Positions 24,936 to 33,249 of a stretch of 33,249 nt of DNA are shown one piece after another. The stretch lies in the NCBI GenBank assembly GCA_031426555.1, contig JANPLN010000028.1, positions 1 to 33,249 of the forward strand, written 5' to 3'. Below the pieces are notes generated by a model. That model saw only the letters and a list, made by a program, of their open reading frames with translations, ran no database searches and was not told the DNA's origin. Each line of letters starts with the position of its first letter. The stretch's first letter is position 1. The position numbers were made by a program, and so were the translations under genes. Source of the stretch: Bdellovibrionales bacterium. GTDB lineage: Bacteria; Bdellovibrionota; Bdellovibrionia; Bdellovibrionales; JAGQZY01.

Positions 24936-25796
24936 GTGGGGAGAGTCTACTTTTTTTTACTTTTAATAGGTCTTGCTTGCACGGCCTGCGCGCAAATCGG
25001 ACCCATTGAATTAGATCCTAGCTCTATAAACCCTAAGGCAAAAAAAATAAAAGGTGAACATCTCGCCTACGAAACGCCTCTGGCAAGAAATGGCAAACTT
25101 TTGGTGACGGTGGGTGGCACGGGAAGTAAGCCTCTAAACTTTCGGGCGCTCCAGCAGTTTGCCACAACGATGGGTTACGACATTGTGGCGTTGGATTACC
25201 CCAACGAAGTTTCCACGGTAAAGTGCCGATTGTCGCAGGATCTCAATTGCTTCGACCATTTTCATCAAGAAATTGTGCAAGGAAAAGAAGTGAGCGACCT
25301 CTGCACTGTGGATGTGAATAATTCCCTTGAACAACGGTTGCAGGATGTTCTTAAGTATTTAACTACCACGAACACTTCAGGCCGGTGGCGCGAGTACTAC
25401 TTTCAAGGTCAAATTCAATGGTCAAAGCTTGTGTTGGTGGGCCATTCGCAAGGCTCAGGCCACGTAGCCTTTTTGGGAAAACTGCACAAAGTGGACAGAG
25501 TGATCTTGATTGCGGGTCCGCAAGATAGCTTTGATCCGCTCCCGGCCCCATGGCTGCTCCAGGCAGGCGCAACAACTAAAGATCGATACTTTGCGCTCCT
25601 TCATAAAGATGACTTTTACAAAGCAAGTTTGCAGTTGTCGGCCTTCGCCGCATTGATCGAAAGTGCCGGTCTAACTTTGGACCCACTTCAAAGCCAGCAG
25701 GTCATCATCTCTGATAAACCTGCAAAGGATGCTCACAACGAATTGATTCAAAAACAATTTGTTAACGAGTGGGAAACTTTTTTAAAGCCTAGATAA
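24936..25796 (+). CDS. exported alpha/beta hydrolase (BPSS1187-like)
   Basis: Signal or lipoprotein-like N-terminus; GGTG; nucleophile elbow GHSQG; AGPQD; DAH. Confidence 0.8.
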   Translation: MGRVYFFLLLIGLACTACAQIGPIELDPSSINPKAKKIKGEHLAYETPLARNGKLLVTVGGTGSKPLNFRALQQFATTMGYDIVALDYPNEVSTVKCRLSQDLNCFDHFHQEIVQGKEVSDLCTVDVNNSLEQRLQDVLKYLTTTNTSGRWREYYFQGQIQWSKLVLVGHSQGSGHVAFLGKLHKVDRVILIAGPQDSFDPLPAPWLLQAGATTKDRYFALLHKDDFYKASLQLSAFAALIESAGLTLDPLQSQQVIISDKPAKDAHNELIQKQFVNEWETFLKPR

Positions 25797-26094
25797 TCCT
25801 AGATAATAAATTGGCATCAAGATCGCAGATAAAGAGTGAGACTAAATGCACGATCTAGCTCTCAAACGCTTAAACCTTGAAAATAGGCGGCTGAGTACGA
25901 GCAAGATAGGAGCAGACGGCTGTTTCCATTTTTTTTCCTCTCTGGTTGTTCGATAATGGAGGTGATAAGGCGGTACTTTTTATGAACGCAGAGGGTAAAA
26001 ATAGAACGTTAAGCATTTGGTCGAAGATATTGTTCGACAATTAAGGTGTGTTTTTTTTAACACACACAGAAAATTCTTTAAAGGAGAATAGAAG

Positions 26095-27453
26095 ATGATA
26101 AAATTAAACTTAAACTTACTGGGTAGTACGGCAAAAATTGCAGTGCTCACTCTTTCCGCTGCACTCTTTATTTCAGGTTGTGCATCGAGCATTGATAAAG
26201 CCTCAATGCCAGCTACGGCAAATCCCACTGAGGAACTCGCAAAACTAGAATCCGAATACACAGCGGCCAGCATCGCGAACACCGACGTGCTGGCTCCTGA
26301 GCAGTATGATAAAGGCGCTGAGTATTTAGATGAAGCTCGCAAAGACCTAAAGGATGGCGACGAGCAATCAAAAATTATTGAATCGCTTGCATATGCCACA
26401 TCTTATTTGCAAAAAGCCAACGAAGTTGCTGAAGGTCGCAGACAGTACATCCCAGCGGTCCTCACAGCGCGTGCAAGAGCCATCGAAGTGGGCGCTACAA
26501 AACAAGACATTACTAACAAAAATCTGAAAAAGTTAGATCGCGAAGTTGAAAAAGCCTCCGACCGTTTAGATAAAGAATTATCTGCCGAAGACGTGGCGCG
26601 CTTAGAACGCGGCTACATGAGTTTAGAAACTCAGGCTGTTCAAGGAAACCTTTTGGGCCAGGCTCGTAGCCGCATCCAGGGAAGTATTGATACAGGAGCC
26701 GAAAAAAGAACTCCGCAAACTTTGAAAAAAGCGCAAATTGATCTTAAAACTGCAGAGACTGCCATTGCAACCAACGTGAAAGTTCAAGATGCTTACGGTC
26801 AGGCTGTTGAAAAAGCCAATGCCTCGGCTCTTTACCTTGTGGAGGTCTTAGCCGCTGCGAAGAAGAACGGGGATTCTACATCGGAAGCTGTAGCCGTAAA
26901 GCTTGTGGATCAAAATCGCAAGATCGGAAACTTGTCTGGAAACCTTGAATACGCGCAAGACAAAGTGGATACGCTTGGTAAAACTGTGAATCAGCAGAGC
27001 CAAGCCATCACGCTTCAACAAGCACTCGACGAAGCTCGCCGCAGTTTTTCAAAAGCTGATGCCGAAGTTTTTCAACAGGGTAAAAACCTTGTGATTCGTC
27101 TTAAAACGATGAACTTTAAATCTGGACAAGCAGAACTTTCACAAGAATCCCTCGCGATTTTAACCAAAGTGTCTGATGTCGTAAATTCCCTGCCGACACA
27201 AAAAGTAGTTGTCGAAGGGCACACAGATTCTACGGGAGCCGCTGCCACTAACGAAAAGCTGTCTGCGGATCGCGCGAAGACTGTGGCCACGTACCTCGAA
27301 ACTAGCACTCAAAGTACAAAAGAGATTGAGGCTGTAGGCTATGGTTTTAAAAAGCCAATCGCTTCTAATAAAAGCAAGCAAGGACGAGCGCAAAATCGTC
27401 GAGTGGATGTTGTGATAAGCACAGCCACTGCCGAAAAAACGATGAATCAATAA
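26095..27453 (+). CDS. OmpA-family peptidoglycan-binding lipoprotein with long helical/coiled-coil region
   Basis: Lipobox ISGC; VEGHTDSTG, N.KLS..RA..V, GYG...PIASN and NRRVDV motifs; SD AAGGAG. Confidence 0.92.
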   Translation: MIKLNLNLLGSTAKIAVLTLSAALFISGCASSIDKASMPATANPTEELAKLESEYTAASIANTDVLAPEQYDKGAEYLDEARKDLKDGDEQSKIIESLAYATSYLQKANEVAEGRRQYIPAVLTARARAIEVGATKQDITNKNLKKLDREVEKASDRLDKELSAEDVARLERGYMSLETQAVQGNLLGQARSRIQGSIDTGAEKRTPQTLKKAQIDLKTAETAIATNVKVQDAYGQAVEKANASALYLVEVLAAAKKNGDSTSEAVAVKLVDQNRKIGNLSGNLEYAQDKVDTLGKTVNQQSQAITLQQALDEARRSFSKADAEVFQQGKNLVIRLKTMNFKSGQAELSQESLAILTKVSDVVNSLPTQKVVVEGHTDSTGAAATNEKLSADRAKTVATYLETSTQSTKEIEAVGYGFKKPIASNKSKQGRAQNRRVDVVISTATAEKTMNQ

Positions 27454-27469
27454 GTTCTGCCATCGTAAT

Positions 27470-27508
27470 AAAAAAAGCCTGCTGCGATATCGTGGCAGGC
27501 TTTTTTTT
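27470..27508. terminator. bidirectional rho-independent terminator
   Basis: A7-GCCTGCTGCG-ATAT-CGTGGCAGGC-T8 between convergent genes. Confidence 0.88.
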
Positions 27509-27516
27509 GTCTTTTT

Positions 27517-28308
27517 TTAATGAATAGTTTGTAAAAAGCTTTCAAGATTGTAGCGGGCTTGAAATTTTTTGTTGAGTTTTTGCAAATCTAGAATGGTGAA
27601 CAAATCGAAGCACGAAAAATCTTTGTCGTAGGCCGGCAGTCCATAGACAAAACTTCCAGCGTTCAAGTAAGAGCGAAGAAGCGGTGGAAGCTCCTTTGTG
27701 TAGCCCTTAAGGGGTGTGGCCGTCTCGAAGATGGCCTGCGCGTGGGGCCACTGAAAGCCGGCAATAGGAAAGATATTGTAGTCCCACTTCAGCTGCTCGT
27801 TGTCCGCTAAGCTCTTCATCATCGAAAACATGTACAACCCGTCCGAAGTCTTTACGCTGGAGCAACCAAAAAGGTAACGGGTTTTCGAGAGCGCAATATA
27901 TTGGGAGAGTCCCTGCCACAACAGATCCATGGTGCGACCGTTGCGGAAGTCCATATGCGTGCAAGCGCGGCCCATTTCGAGCTTGGCGCCATCAATTTTT
28001 AAAAATTCATCCAAATAAAATTCACTCTGGGAATAAAATCGCGGCGCCTCGGAAGAGTGAATCAAGCGGTAGGTACCCACCGCATCGCCACTTTTTCGAT
28101 CGATAATCATTAAGTGGTCGGCAATGGAATCGTAGGCATCAAAATCTAAACCCGTTTCGTGGCTTTGGCCGAGGCCTTCTTCTAAAAAAATTCGATGTCG
28201 TAACTTTTGGGCTTTTATAATATCGTCCTGAGATTCGGCGATTTTCACGATAAAGTCGTCGGCTTCGATTGATAAATTCCATTTTGGTTTAACGTCAGGT
28301 GTGTTCAT
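27517..28308 (-). CDS. GNAT N-acyltransferase, OlsB/ornithine-lipid (putative hemolysin) type
   Basis: AQKLRHRIF, D.D.YD..ADHL, VGTYRL, FYSQSEF, LEMGRAC, LLWQGL, YLFGCSS and LPPLLRSYL motifs. Confidence 0.85.
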   Translation of the reverse strand: MNTPDVKPKWNLSIEADDFIVKIAESQDDIIKAQKLRHRIFLEEGLGQSHETGLDFDAYDSIADHLMIIDRKSGDAVGTYRLIHSSEAPRFYSQSEFYLDEFLKIDGAKLEMGRACTHMDFRNGRTMDLLWQGLSQYIALSKTRYLFGCSSVKTSDGLYMFSMMKSLADNEQLKWDYNIFPIAGFQWPHAQAIFETATPLKGYTKELPPLLRSYLNAGSFVYGLPAYDKDFSCFDLFTILDLQKLNKKFQARYNLESFLQTIH

Positions 28309-28313
28309 CGCTC

Positions 28314-29330
28314 TTAGAGGGCCTTGTTTTTTATAAAAATTTGCGGAAGCCCCGCAATCTTTTTAATTTTAGCGGTGCAGGATTTATCGATCCGATCTTT
28401 GATGGCCACCCAGCGAGGTTTAGTGTAGGCAATCGGCAAATTCAAAAAAATGTAAGAGCCAGCTTTGAGCTCATTGGATTTTTCACGCATTTCCTTATAG
28501 AGGGTTCGAGCGACGATCAGGGGATCGTTTGAAGAAAAATCCCAAAAAACAGGTTTCGCGGTTTCCTTGATTTTAAGGGAGGCACAAATGTCTTTATGGA
28601 GAGCCTCATTCCAGCGAATGCTGTTTTGCGCGATGATCAACGGAAAATCGGGCTGATAATGATTGTTGAGATTGCCCGGCGAATCCTTCGACGTGCCATA
28701 GCTCACTTCGAGTTTTTTATAATAAATCGACAGGCAATTGAGAATGTCGGTTTCCGAAATGGCGCCGGGTCGTAAAATCAAAACAGAGATCGTGCCATCA
28801 GCTAATTCGGAGATGCGAATGATGGTCGATTCGATACCGACTTCGCAATCTCCACCATCCACCACAGGGACTTGGCCCGAGAATTCGCTTTCAACGTGAT
28901 CGGCCGAGGTGGGACTTGTTTTGCCAAAGCGATTGGCACTGGGAGCGGCGAGGGGCCCCACAGCGTTAGCCAGCTCTAGAAAGAGTGAATTCTGCGGCAT
29001 GCGAACGGCGACATTGGGTTGGTCCGCGGTGATGAGGGGGCCGATATCTGCGTGCTTAGGAATGATGATGGTCAGCGGTCCTGGCCAAAAAGTATCAGCG
29101 AGTTTTTGGCAATAAATAGGCCAGTGTTCCACAACTTTAAAGACCTGGGCTTTAGAGCCAATGTGCACAATGAGTGGGTCAAACAAAGGGCGCTGTTTCA
29201 CCTTAAAGATTTTTTCTAAAGCTTCGTAATCAAAGGCTGAGGCCGCAAGACCGTAAACAGTCTCTGTGGGCAACGCGACAACGCCTCCGTTAAGGAGAAT
29301 GTCTAAAGCCTGCACTGGGCTCACTTTCAT
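28314..29330 (-). CDS. tsaC: L-threonylcarbamoyladenylate synthase (Sua5-type, two-domain)
   Basis: PTETVYGL, K.RP...PLIVH, FWPGPLT, AVRMP, AAPSAN, GIESTII, LRPG and PG....HY.P motifs. Confidence 0.94.
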   Translation of the reverse strand: MKVSPVQALDILLNGGVVALPTETVYGLAASAFDYEALEKIFKVKQRPLFDPLIVHIGSKAQVFKVVEHWPIYCQKLADTFWPGPLTIIIPKHADIGPLITADQPNVAVRMPQNSLFLELANAVGPLAAPSANRFGKTSPTSADHVESEFSGQVPVVDGGDCEVGIESTIIRISELADGTISVLILRPGAISETDILNCLSIYYKKLEVSYGTSKDSPGNLNNHYQPDFPLIIAQNSIRWNEALHKDICASLKIKETAKPVFWDFSSNDPLIVARTLYKEMREKSNELKAGSYIFLNLPIAYTKPRWVAIKDRIDKSCTAKIKKIAGLPQIFIKNKAL

Positions 29331-30034
29331 GGAATATTACTTCTTTTACGAAAACGCATGTTGATCAACTCTACCGCAAAGGCAAAAAACATAGCAAAGT
29401 AAATATAATTCTTTTCGACATGGGATTGCATGCCTTCCAGAAGCAGAAATACACCAATCAAAATGAGGAATGCCAGAGCTAAAATTTTAACTGTTGGATG
29501 AGTTTCGACGAATTGACTAATGAAACGGGCTGAAACCAGCATCACCACCATCGAGATCAGCATCGCTATCACCATAATGTTGAGATCCTGGGCCATCCCA
29601 ATGGCAGTGATCACCGAATCCAGCGAAAATACGATATCGATGATCATGATTTGCGCGATCACAAAACCCACATTGCTCGTAGATGATTGCATTTGTGGCG
29701 TATGGTCCACATTCTCAACCTTGTCGTGAATTTCTTTTGTCGCTTTAGCGATCAAAAAAGCTCCTCCGGCGATGAGCACAAGATCACGAAACGAAAAGCT
29801 GTGATCGGCAATGACGATGAGAGGCTCTGTCAGTCCCATGAGCCAGCTTAATGAGAACAACAAAAGCAGGCGGCTGATCAGGGCAACGGCTAAGCCGAGG
29901 TTTCGGGCTTTTGCTTGCTGCTCCGCAGGCAGCCGACCCGTGAGCAAGGCAATAAAGATGACGTTATCGATGCCGAGAACAATCTCCATAAACGTTAGAG
30001 AGGTAAGAGCGGTTAGAGACTCCATGGACCACAC
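29327..30034 (-). CDS. TerC family membrane protein
   Basis: EIVLGIDNVIFI, GGAFLIAKATKEIH, DIVFSLDSVITA.G and HPTVKILAL.FL motifs. Confidence 0.93.
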   Translation of the reverse strand: MWSMESLTALTSLTFMEIVLGIDNVIFIALLTGRLPAEQQAKARNLGLAVALISRLLLLFSLSWLMGLTEPLIVIADHSFSFRDLVLIAGGAFLIAKATKEIHDKVENVDHTPQMQSSTSNVGFVIAQIMIIDIVFSLDSVITAIGMAQDLNIMVIAMLISMVVMLVSARFISQFVETHPTVKILALAFLILIGVFLLLEGMQSHVEKNYIYFAMFFAFAVELINMRFRKRSNIP

Positions 30035-30038
30035 GGAA

Positions 30039-30368
30039 TTAAAGAGCTTCGCTGCACGCGAGCTGTGCGTTGTTGATGGAGGAGAGAACTATAATTTCAT
30101 CTTCAGTTCTTTCGCCCGTGCACTGGAAGCAGTAAAAATTTTGTCTGAGGTTTCCGTCCGCCGCGATACTAAAGATGAGCAAGTTTTTTTCGGAGCGCTG
30201 AAGCTGCATGTCGGTGACGGTCATAGAAATGCTCGCGATACCTTCGCAGACTCCAAACATGTAGGGATCAACCTCTACGGTTTGTGCATCCGGTGGCTGA
30301 CTAGGAGTGATCGAATTTGCCAAACACATTGAAAGAGATAAAAAAAGAGAAAAAACCAAACTTGCCAT
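30039..30368 (-). CDS. small exported hypothetical protein
   Basis: Signal peptide from ATG30368 ending CLA; four Cys in the mature part; TATGGT hexamer 7 nt upstream of the ATG. Confidence 0.55.
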   Translation of the reverse strand: MASLVFSLFLSLSMCLANSITPSQPPDAQTVEVDPYMFGVCEGIASISMTVTDMQLQRSEKNLLIFSIAADGNLRQNFYCFQCTGERTEDEIIVLSSINNAQLACSEAL

Positions 30369-30495
30369 GAATGAAACCATATATGACGGCGAAAATAAAA
30401 ACAATTATTTTCTAAAAAAGTGGAAGCTTTACAACAAGTGTTTAAGGAGTCGTCAGAGGGAAAAGTGCGTTTACCAGTCGAGACGACTGTGGGTT

Positions 30496-31065
30496 TTACT
30501 CCACAGATAAAGTGGCGCCTCGTCCCTGATAAAGAGCTTCGATGACTTTCTTTTTGCTATGACCATACACTCCGCGGGCCTCGTCATTCTCTTCAAGGCG
30601 ACCCGTTTCGATCATACTGGCTTTTCCCGTGCGAGGGTTCACCACAAACATCACCGGAAAGCCGCTCACCGTGGCGGGAGTTGCCAGTCGCGTGATCAGC
30701 TGCTCTTCCAGAGCCATTCCAGACGGAACTTCCGCAAAATTCTTGGTGAACTTGTCGTAGGAGTAAGCGGCGATTTTGACAAATTCAAACTGGGAGGCGA
30801 TGGATGCTTGATGAGAATCGAAATCATTAAACATTTTTCCAAGACTTTGGCACCAGGGGCAGTTTTCATAACCCAAGGTAACAACGAGAGTCTTGTTACT
30901 TTGTTTGGCTTTTTGGAGCGCGGCCGTAAAGAGGGGCATTTGGTTTTGGCACTGTAGGTAGATGGTACCGTCGGTGCATGCGAGAGCAGGAGTGTTAAAA
31001 AGCGTAAGTGTTCCTAGAATTCCCAAAATAAGGAATCTTTTCAATAACTGCTCTAATAAATTCAC
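30496..31065 (-). CDS. periplasmic thioredoxin-family protein
   Basis: GTG31065 with SD AAGGAG; signal peptide ending ALA; AKQSNKTLVV.LG..NCPWC; cis-Pro loop GFP. Confidence 0.85.
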   Translation of the reverse strand: MNLLEQLLKRFLILGILGTLTLFNTPALACTDGTIYLQCQNQMPLFTAALQKAKQSNKTLVVTLGYENCPWCQSLGKMFNDFDSHQASIASQFEFVKIAAYSYDKFTKNFAEVPSGMALEEQLITRLATPATVSGFPVMFVVNPRTGKASMIETGRLEENDEARGVYGHSKKKVIEALYQGRGATLSVE

Positions 31066-31232
31066 GACGGCTCCTTTGTTCGTTGGATGTAATGAAATCC
31101 ATGTTGCAAGTTGTTGGCCGAAGGAGCTGAAAACAAAAGGAGTTTGGCGGCAGCAAACTGTCGACGTGAAAAGCAACACTGTGGAAATTACAATCAGCGC
31201 CGACGAGGGATTACAGACGAGGGATCGATTTC

Positions 31233-31433
31233 CTACAGGTCTTCGATATTTCGGTATTTGTAGATAAGCCCGAGCAAAGAAAGCACCGTGATGAGCATGC
31301 TTGCGACCAGACCGTAGCCGTAGCCCTCTCCCGGGTACTGGGAATAGTTGAGGCCAAAAAACATCACGCCCGTCTTACCGACGAGCATGGGCATTAAAAA
31401 GGATTTTATAAAGTCGAAGAGAGTTCTGTTCAC
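31233..31433 (-). CDS. small two-TM membrane protein (66 aa)
   Basis: GTGA overlap with the vWA gene stop; two hydrophobic segments flanking YSQYPGEGYGYG. Confidence 0.7.
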   Translation of the reverse strand: MNRTLFDFIKSFLMPMLVGKTGVMFFGLNYSQYPGEGYGYGLVASMLITVLSLLGLIYKYRNIEDL

Positions 31434-32413
31434 TGCACCTTGTATGTCACTTCGATGGGCCCTTTGGCAACAGACTCCGAGATCAACAAATCAGAAAAAG
31501 TGATCGTCTTGATTTTAGAACTGTAAGTCCAGCTCGTAGCAACATCGCCTGGCAGGTGGCCTTGACCACCGATTTCGACCAAAATGGAGGAGAAAACCGG
31601 AGTTTTAAGACTTTCTGTTCCTTCGAGAACTAGCGTATTTGCAGTGATCACGGACACGTTGATAGCGGCGACCAGGCTTTTGGCGAAATCATCACAAATG
31701 GAAAATACAGAGCCCCCAGTGAGACTGACAAAATCTTGAATTTTTGTCGATTTTGACATTTCTACTTCCTCACCCACGCAGTTTGCACCATTTGGAACTG
31801 CTAAGGCCGCAAGGGTGGTGATGGTCTGTTGGGGTTTTAGCGCTTTGATCTGTGCCAGCAAAACATTTGTGTCCATCGTGCTCTGATCTTGAGTGTCGGT
31901 AATGAAAACGATGTAAAGATCTGCATTCGGGCGTAAAAAACCCGCGTTGACTGTCGATAGTAAAGGCTCACTGAGGGCCATAGAGAGGGCGTCAAAGGGG
32001 CGTTCGGTGGCGGCGCCAAATGTTCCGACAAAAAGTGATTTTTTAAGTTTATCAATAAACTGAGGATCCGAGCTTTTATGAACTCCATTGAGCAGATGAC
32101 CCGGTTTAAAAGACGTAGGGGCTGAGATATAATCTTGCGTCGATGTGGTGATCACGCCCACCTGCAAATAGCTTTGCGGGATTGCATTCAAAAAGGTCTC
32201 GATATTTTTAATTAGATTCTGCTGAAATGTCTGCATACTGCCAGAGTCATCCACCACAAATAAAATATCCGCCGCCATCGAAGACACCACGGGATTGAAT
32301 TTCAGTTGCACCCACGTTTCAGTTCCACGGGATTGCACATGAAAACTGTTGTCGAAGGCGTGACTCGAAAAGCTCACAAAACTTAAAAATAAAACTGTTA
32401 GAATATGAGACAT
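31430..32413 (-). CDS. exported vWA (MIDAS) domain protein
   Basis: ATG32413 with SD GAGGAG; signal peptide ending SHA; DILFVVDDSGSM, GVITT, TG..E-like segment, FLRPNA and VFITD. Confidence 0.85.
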   Translation of the reverse strand: MSHILTVLFLSFVSFSSHAFDNSFHVQSRGTETWVQLKFNPVVSSMAADILFVVDDSGSMQTFQQNLIKNIETFLNAIPQSYLQVGVITTSTQDYISAPTSFKPGHLLNGVHKSSDPQFIDKLKKSLFVGTFGAATERPFDALSMALSEPLLSTVNAGFLRPNADLYIVFITDTQDQSTMDTNVLLAQIKALKPQQTITTLAALAVPNGANCVGEEVEMSKSTKIQDFVSLTGGSVFSICDDFAKSLVAAINVSVITANTLVLEGTESLKTPVFSSILVEIGGQGHLPGDVATSWTYSSKIKTITFSDLLISESVAKGPIEVTYKVQ

Positions 32414-32521
32414 AAAGACTCCTCTGTTGATAGTTAGCTCAAGCGTAAATGCGGTGAGGTAAAACGCAAGGCGCGAGCGCACAATGCCTTAAGTTTTGGC
32501 ATATTTTGACGATACGTCTTT

Positions 32522-32950
32522 ATGCTAAAACTAAATTTGTTTTTATATATTCTGCTCTTTGGAAGTGTGGCCCTGGCCGAACTTGATAACTCGTCTCAAG
32601 AAGCGCTGGACAAAACAGTAAAAGCGATGACCAACCCCACCGAGCGTGAAAAAGCCTTTCAAGAAAACCCTAAGTTTAAGGAAGGGGAGGCGGGCGCAGA
32701 TATGCTTGTTAAGGGCAACGAAGCCCAAAAGCAGCAAATTTACGAACTTGCCGCCAAAGTTCTCGAAGGCCTCGCCAAGAAGTCCGATGGGGATTCTGAA
32801 AAAATGCGGGAGATGGTTTCCAAGGGTTCGCAAAATCCAGGTCAGTTTATGCAGGAGAATTTGTCGGCCGAACAGTTGAACCAAGTTCGCGAATTGGCCG
32901 CCGAAATCGAAAAGGGCCGCGAGCCGTCCTCGCCAAAACCCTCAAAATAG
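32522..32950 (+). CDS. exported helical hypothetical protein
   Basis: Signal peptide ending ALA; charged helical body. Confidence 0.75.
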   Translation: MLKLNLFLYILLFGSVALAELDNSSQEALDKTVKAMTNPTEREKAFQENPKFKEGEAGADMLVKGNEAQKQQIYELAAKVLEGLAKKSDGDSEKMREMVSKGSQNPGQFMQENLSAEQLNQVRELAAEIEKGREPSSPKPSK

Positions 32951-33002
32951 CCGTAAAAACAAAATCCTTGAGTTCGTGTGAATCCCTTTGGTAGACAAGG
33001 GA

Positions 33003-33249
33003 ATGCCATCGTTTGATATCGTTTCGGAACTCAACATTCAAGAACTCGACAATGCCGTCAACCAAGCTAAAAAAGAGCTCATGGGTCGGTATGACTTTAA
33101 GGGCAGTAAGTTTGAGGTTCAGTGGGATCGTAAAACCCTCGTCGTTTTAGCAGAAGATGATTACAAGCTCAATGCGATCAAAGATATTTTGCTCTCTAAA
33201 GCCCACCGTCGAGGAATTGATATTCGAGCTTTATCTTTTGAAAAAGCCG
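33003..33249 (+). CDS. yajQ: YajQ-family nucleotide/c-di-GMP-binding protein (5' part, truncated by window)
   Basis: Read directly from the DNA: MPSFDIVSELNIQELDNAVNQAKKELMGRYDFKGS... Confidence 0.93.
   Translation, partial: MPSFDIVSELNIQELDNAVNQAKKELMGRYDFKGSKFEVQWDRKTLVVLAEDDYKLNAIKDILLSKAHRRGIDIRALSFEKA

Noticed and set aside
25789..25808. CTAGATAAT duplicated at the hydrolase stop
   Set aside because: A 9-bp adjacent duplication; too short to support an insertion scar.
29327..30034. Tellurite-resistance (ter) island
   Set aside because: A single TerC-family gene coupled to tsaC; no terABDZ genes.

Overview
33-kb chromosomal window from a Gram-negative bacterium, probably Bdellovibrionota. 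This is an inference from the FQNC-type lipobox, the HUH transposase subtype, the many secreted Cys-rich hypotheticals, the L,D-transpeptidase lipoprotein and the MIDAS vWA protein. About 38 genes are densely packed: housekeeping (pyk, acyl-CoA dehydrogenase, site-2 protease-scpA-scpB, psd, gpmA, yceD, tsaC/sua5, partial yajQ) plus envelope and secreted proteins. No rRNA, tRNA or CRISPR array was seen. Most notable: (1) a five-gene CsoR-family metal operon (putative OM beta-barrel with predicted mature N-terminal His, periplasmic CxxC chaperone, MerT-like transporter, CsoR, His-rich DUF318/ArsP permease) with a perfect operator inside its promoter and no ATPase or reductase; (2) a stand-alone RAYT-like HUH transposase beside a 3x32-bp hairpin tandem array, plus a second, unrelated REP-like array at the window start; (3) seven genes with -10 hexamer + 6-7 nt + ATG, i.e. 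leaderless architecture; (4) a DUF427 gene flanked by a 14-bp direct repeat; (5) a nested palindrome/18-bp inverted repeat and an RBS-sequestering hairpin upstream of an OM barrel gene; (6) a desaturase / DedA-disulfide-reductase fusion / DUF3047-like cluster. Family calls come from recognising motifs by eye; no database search was run.
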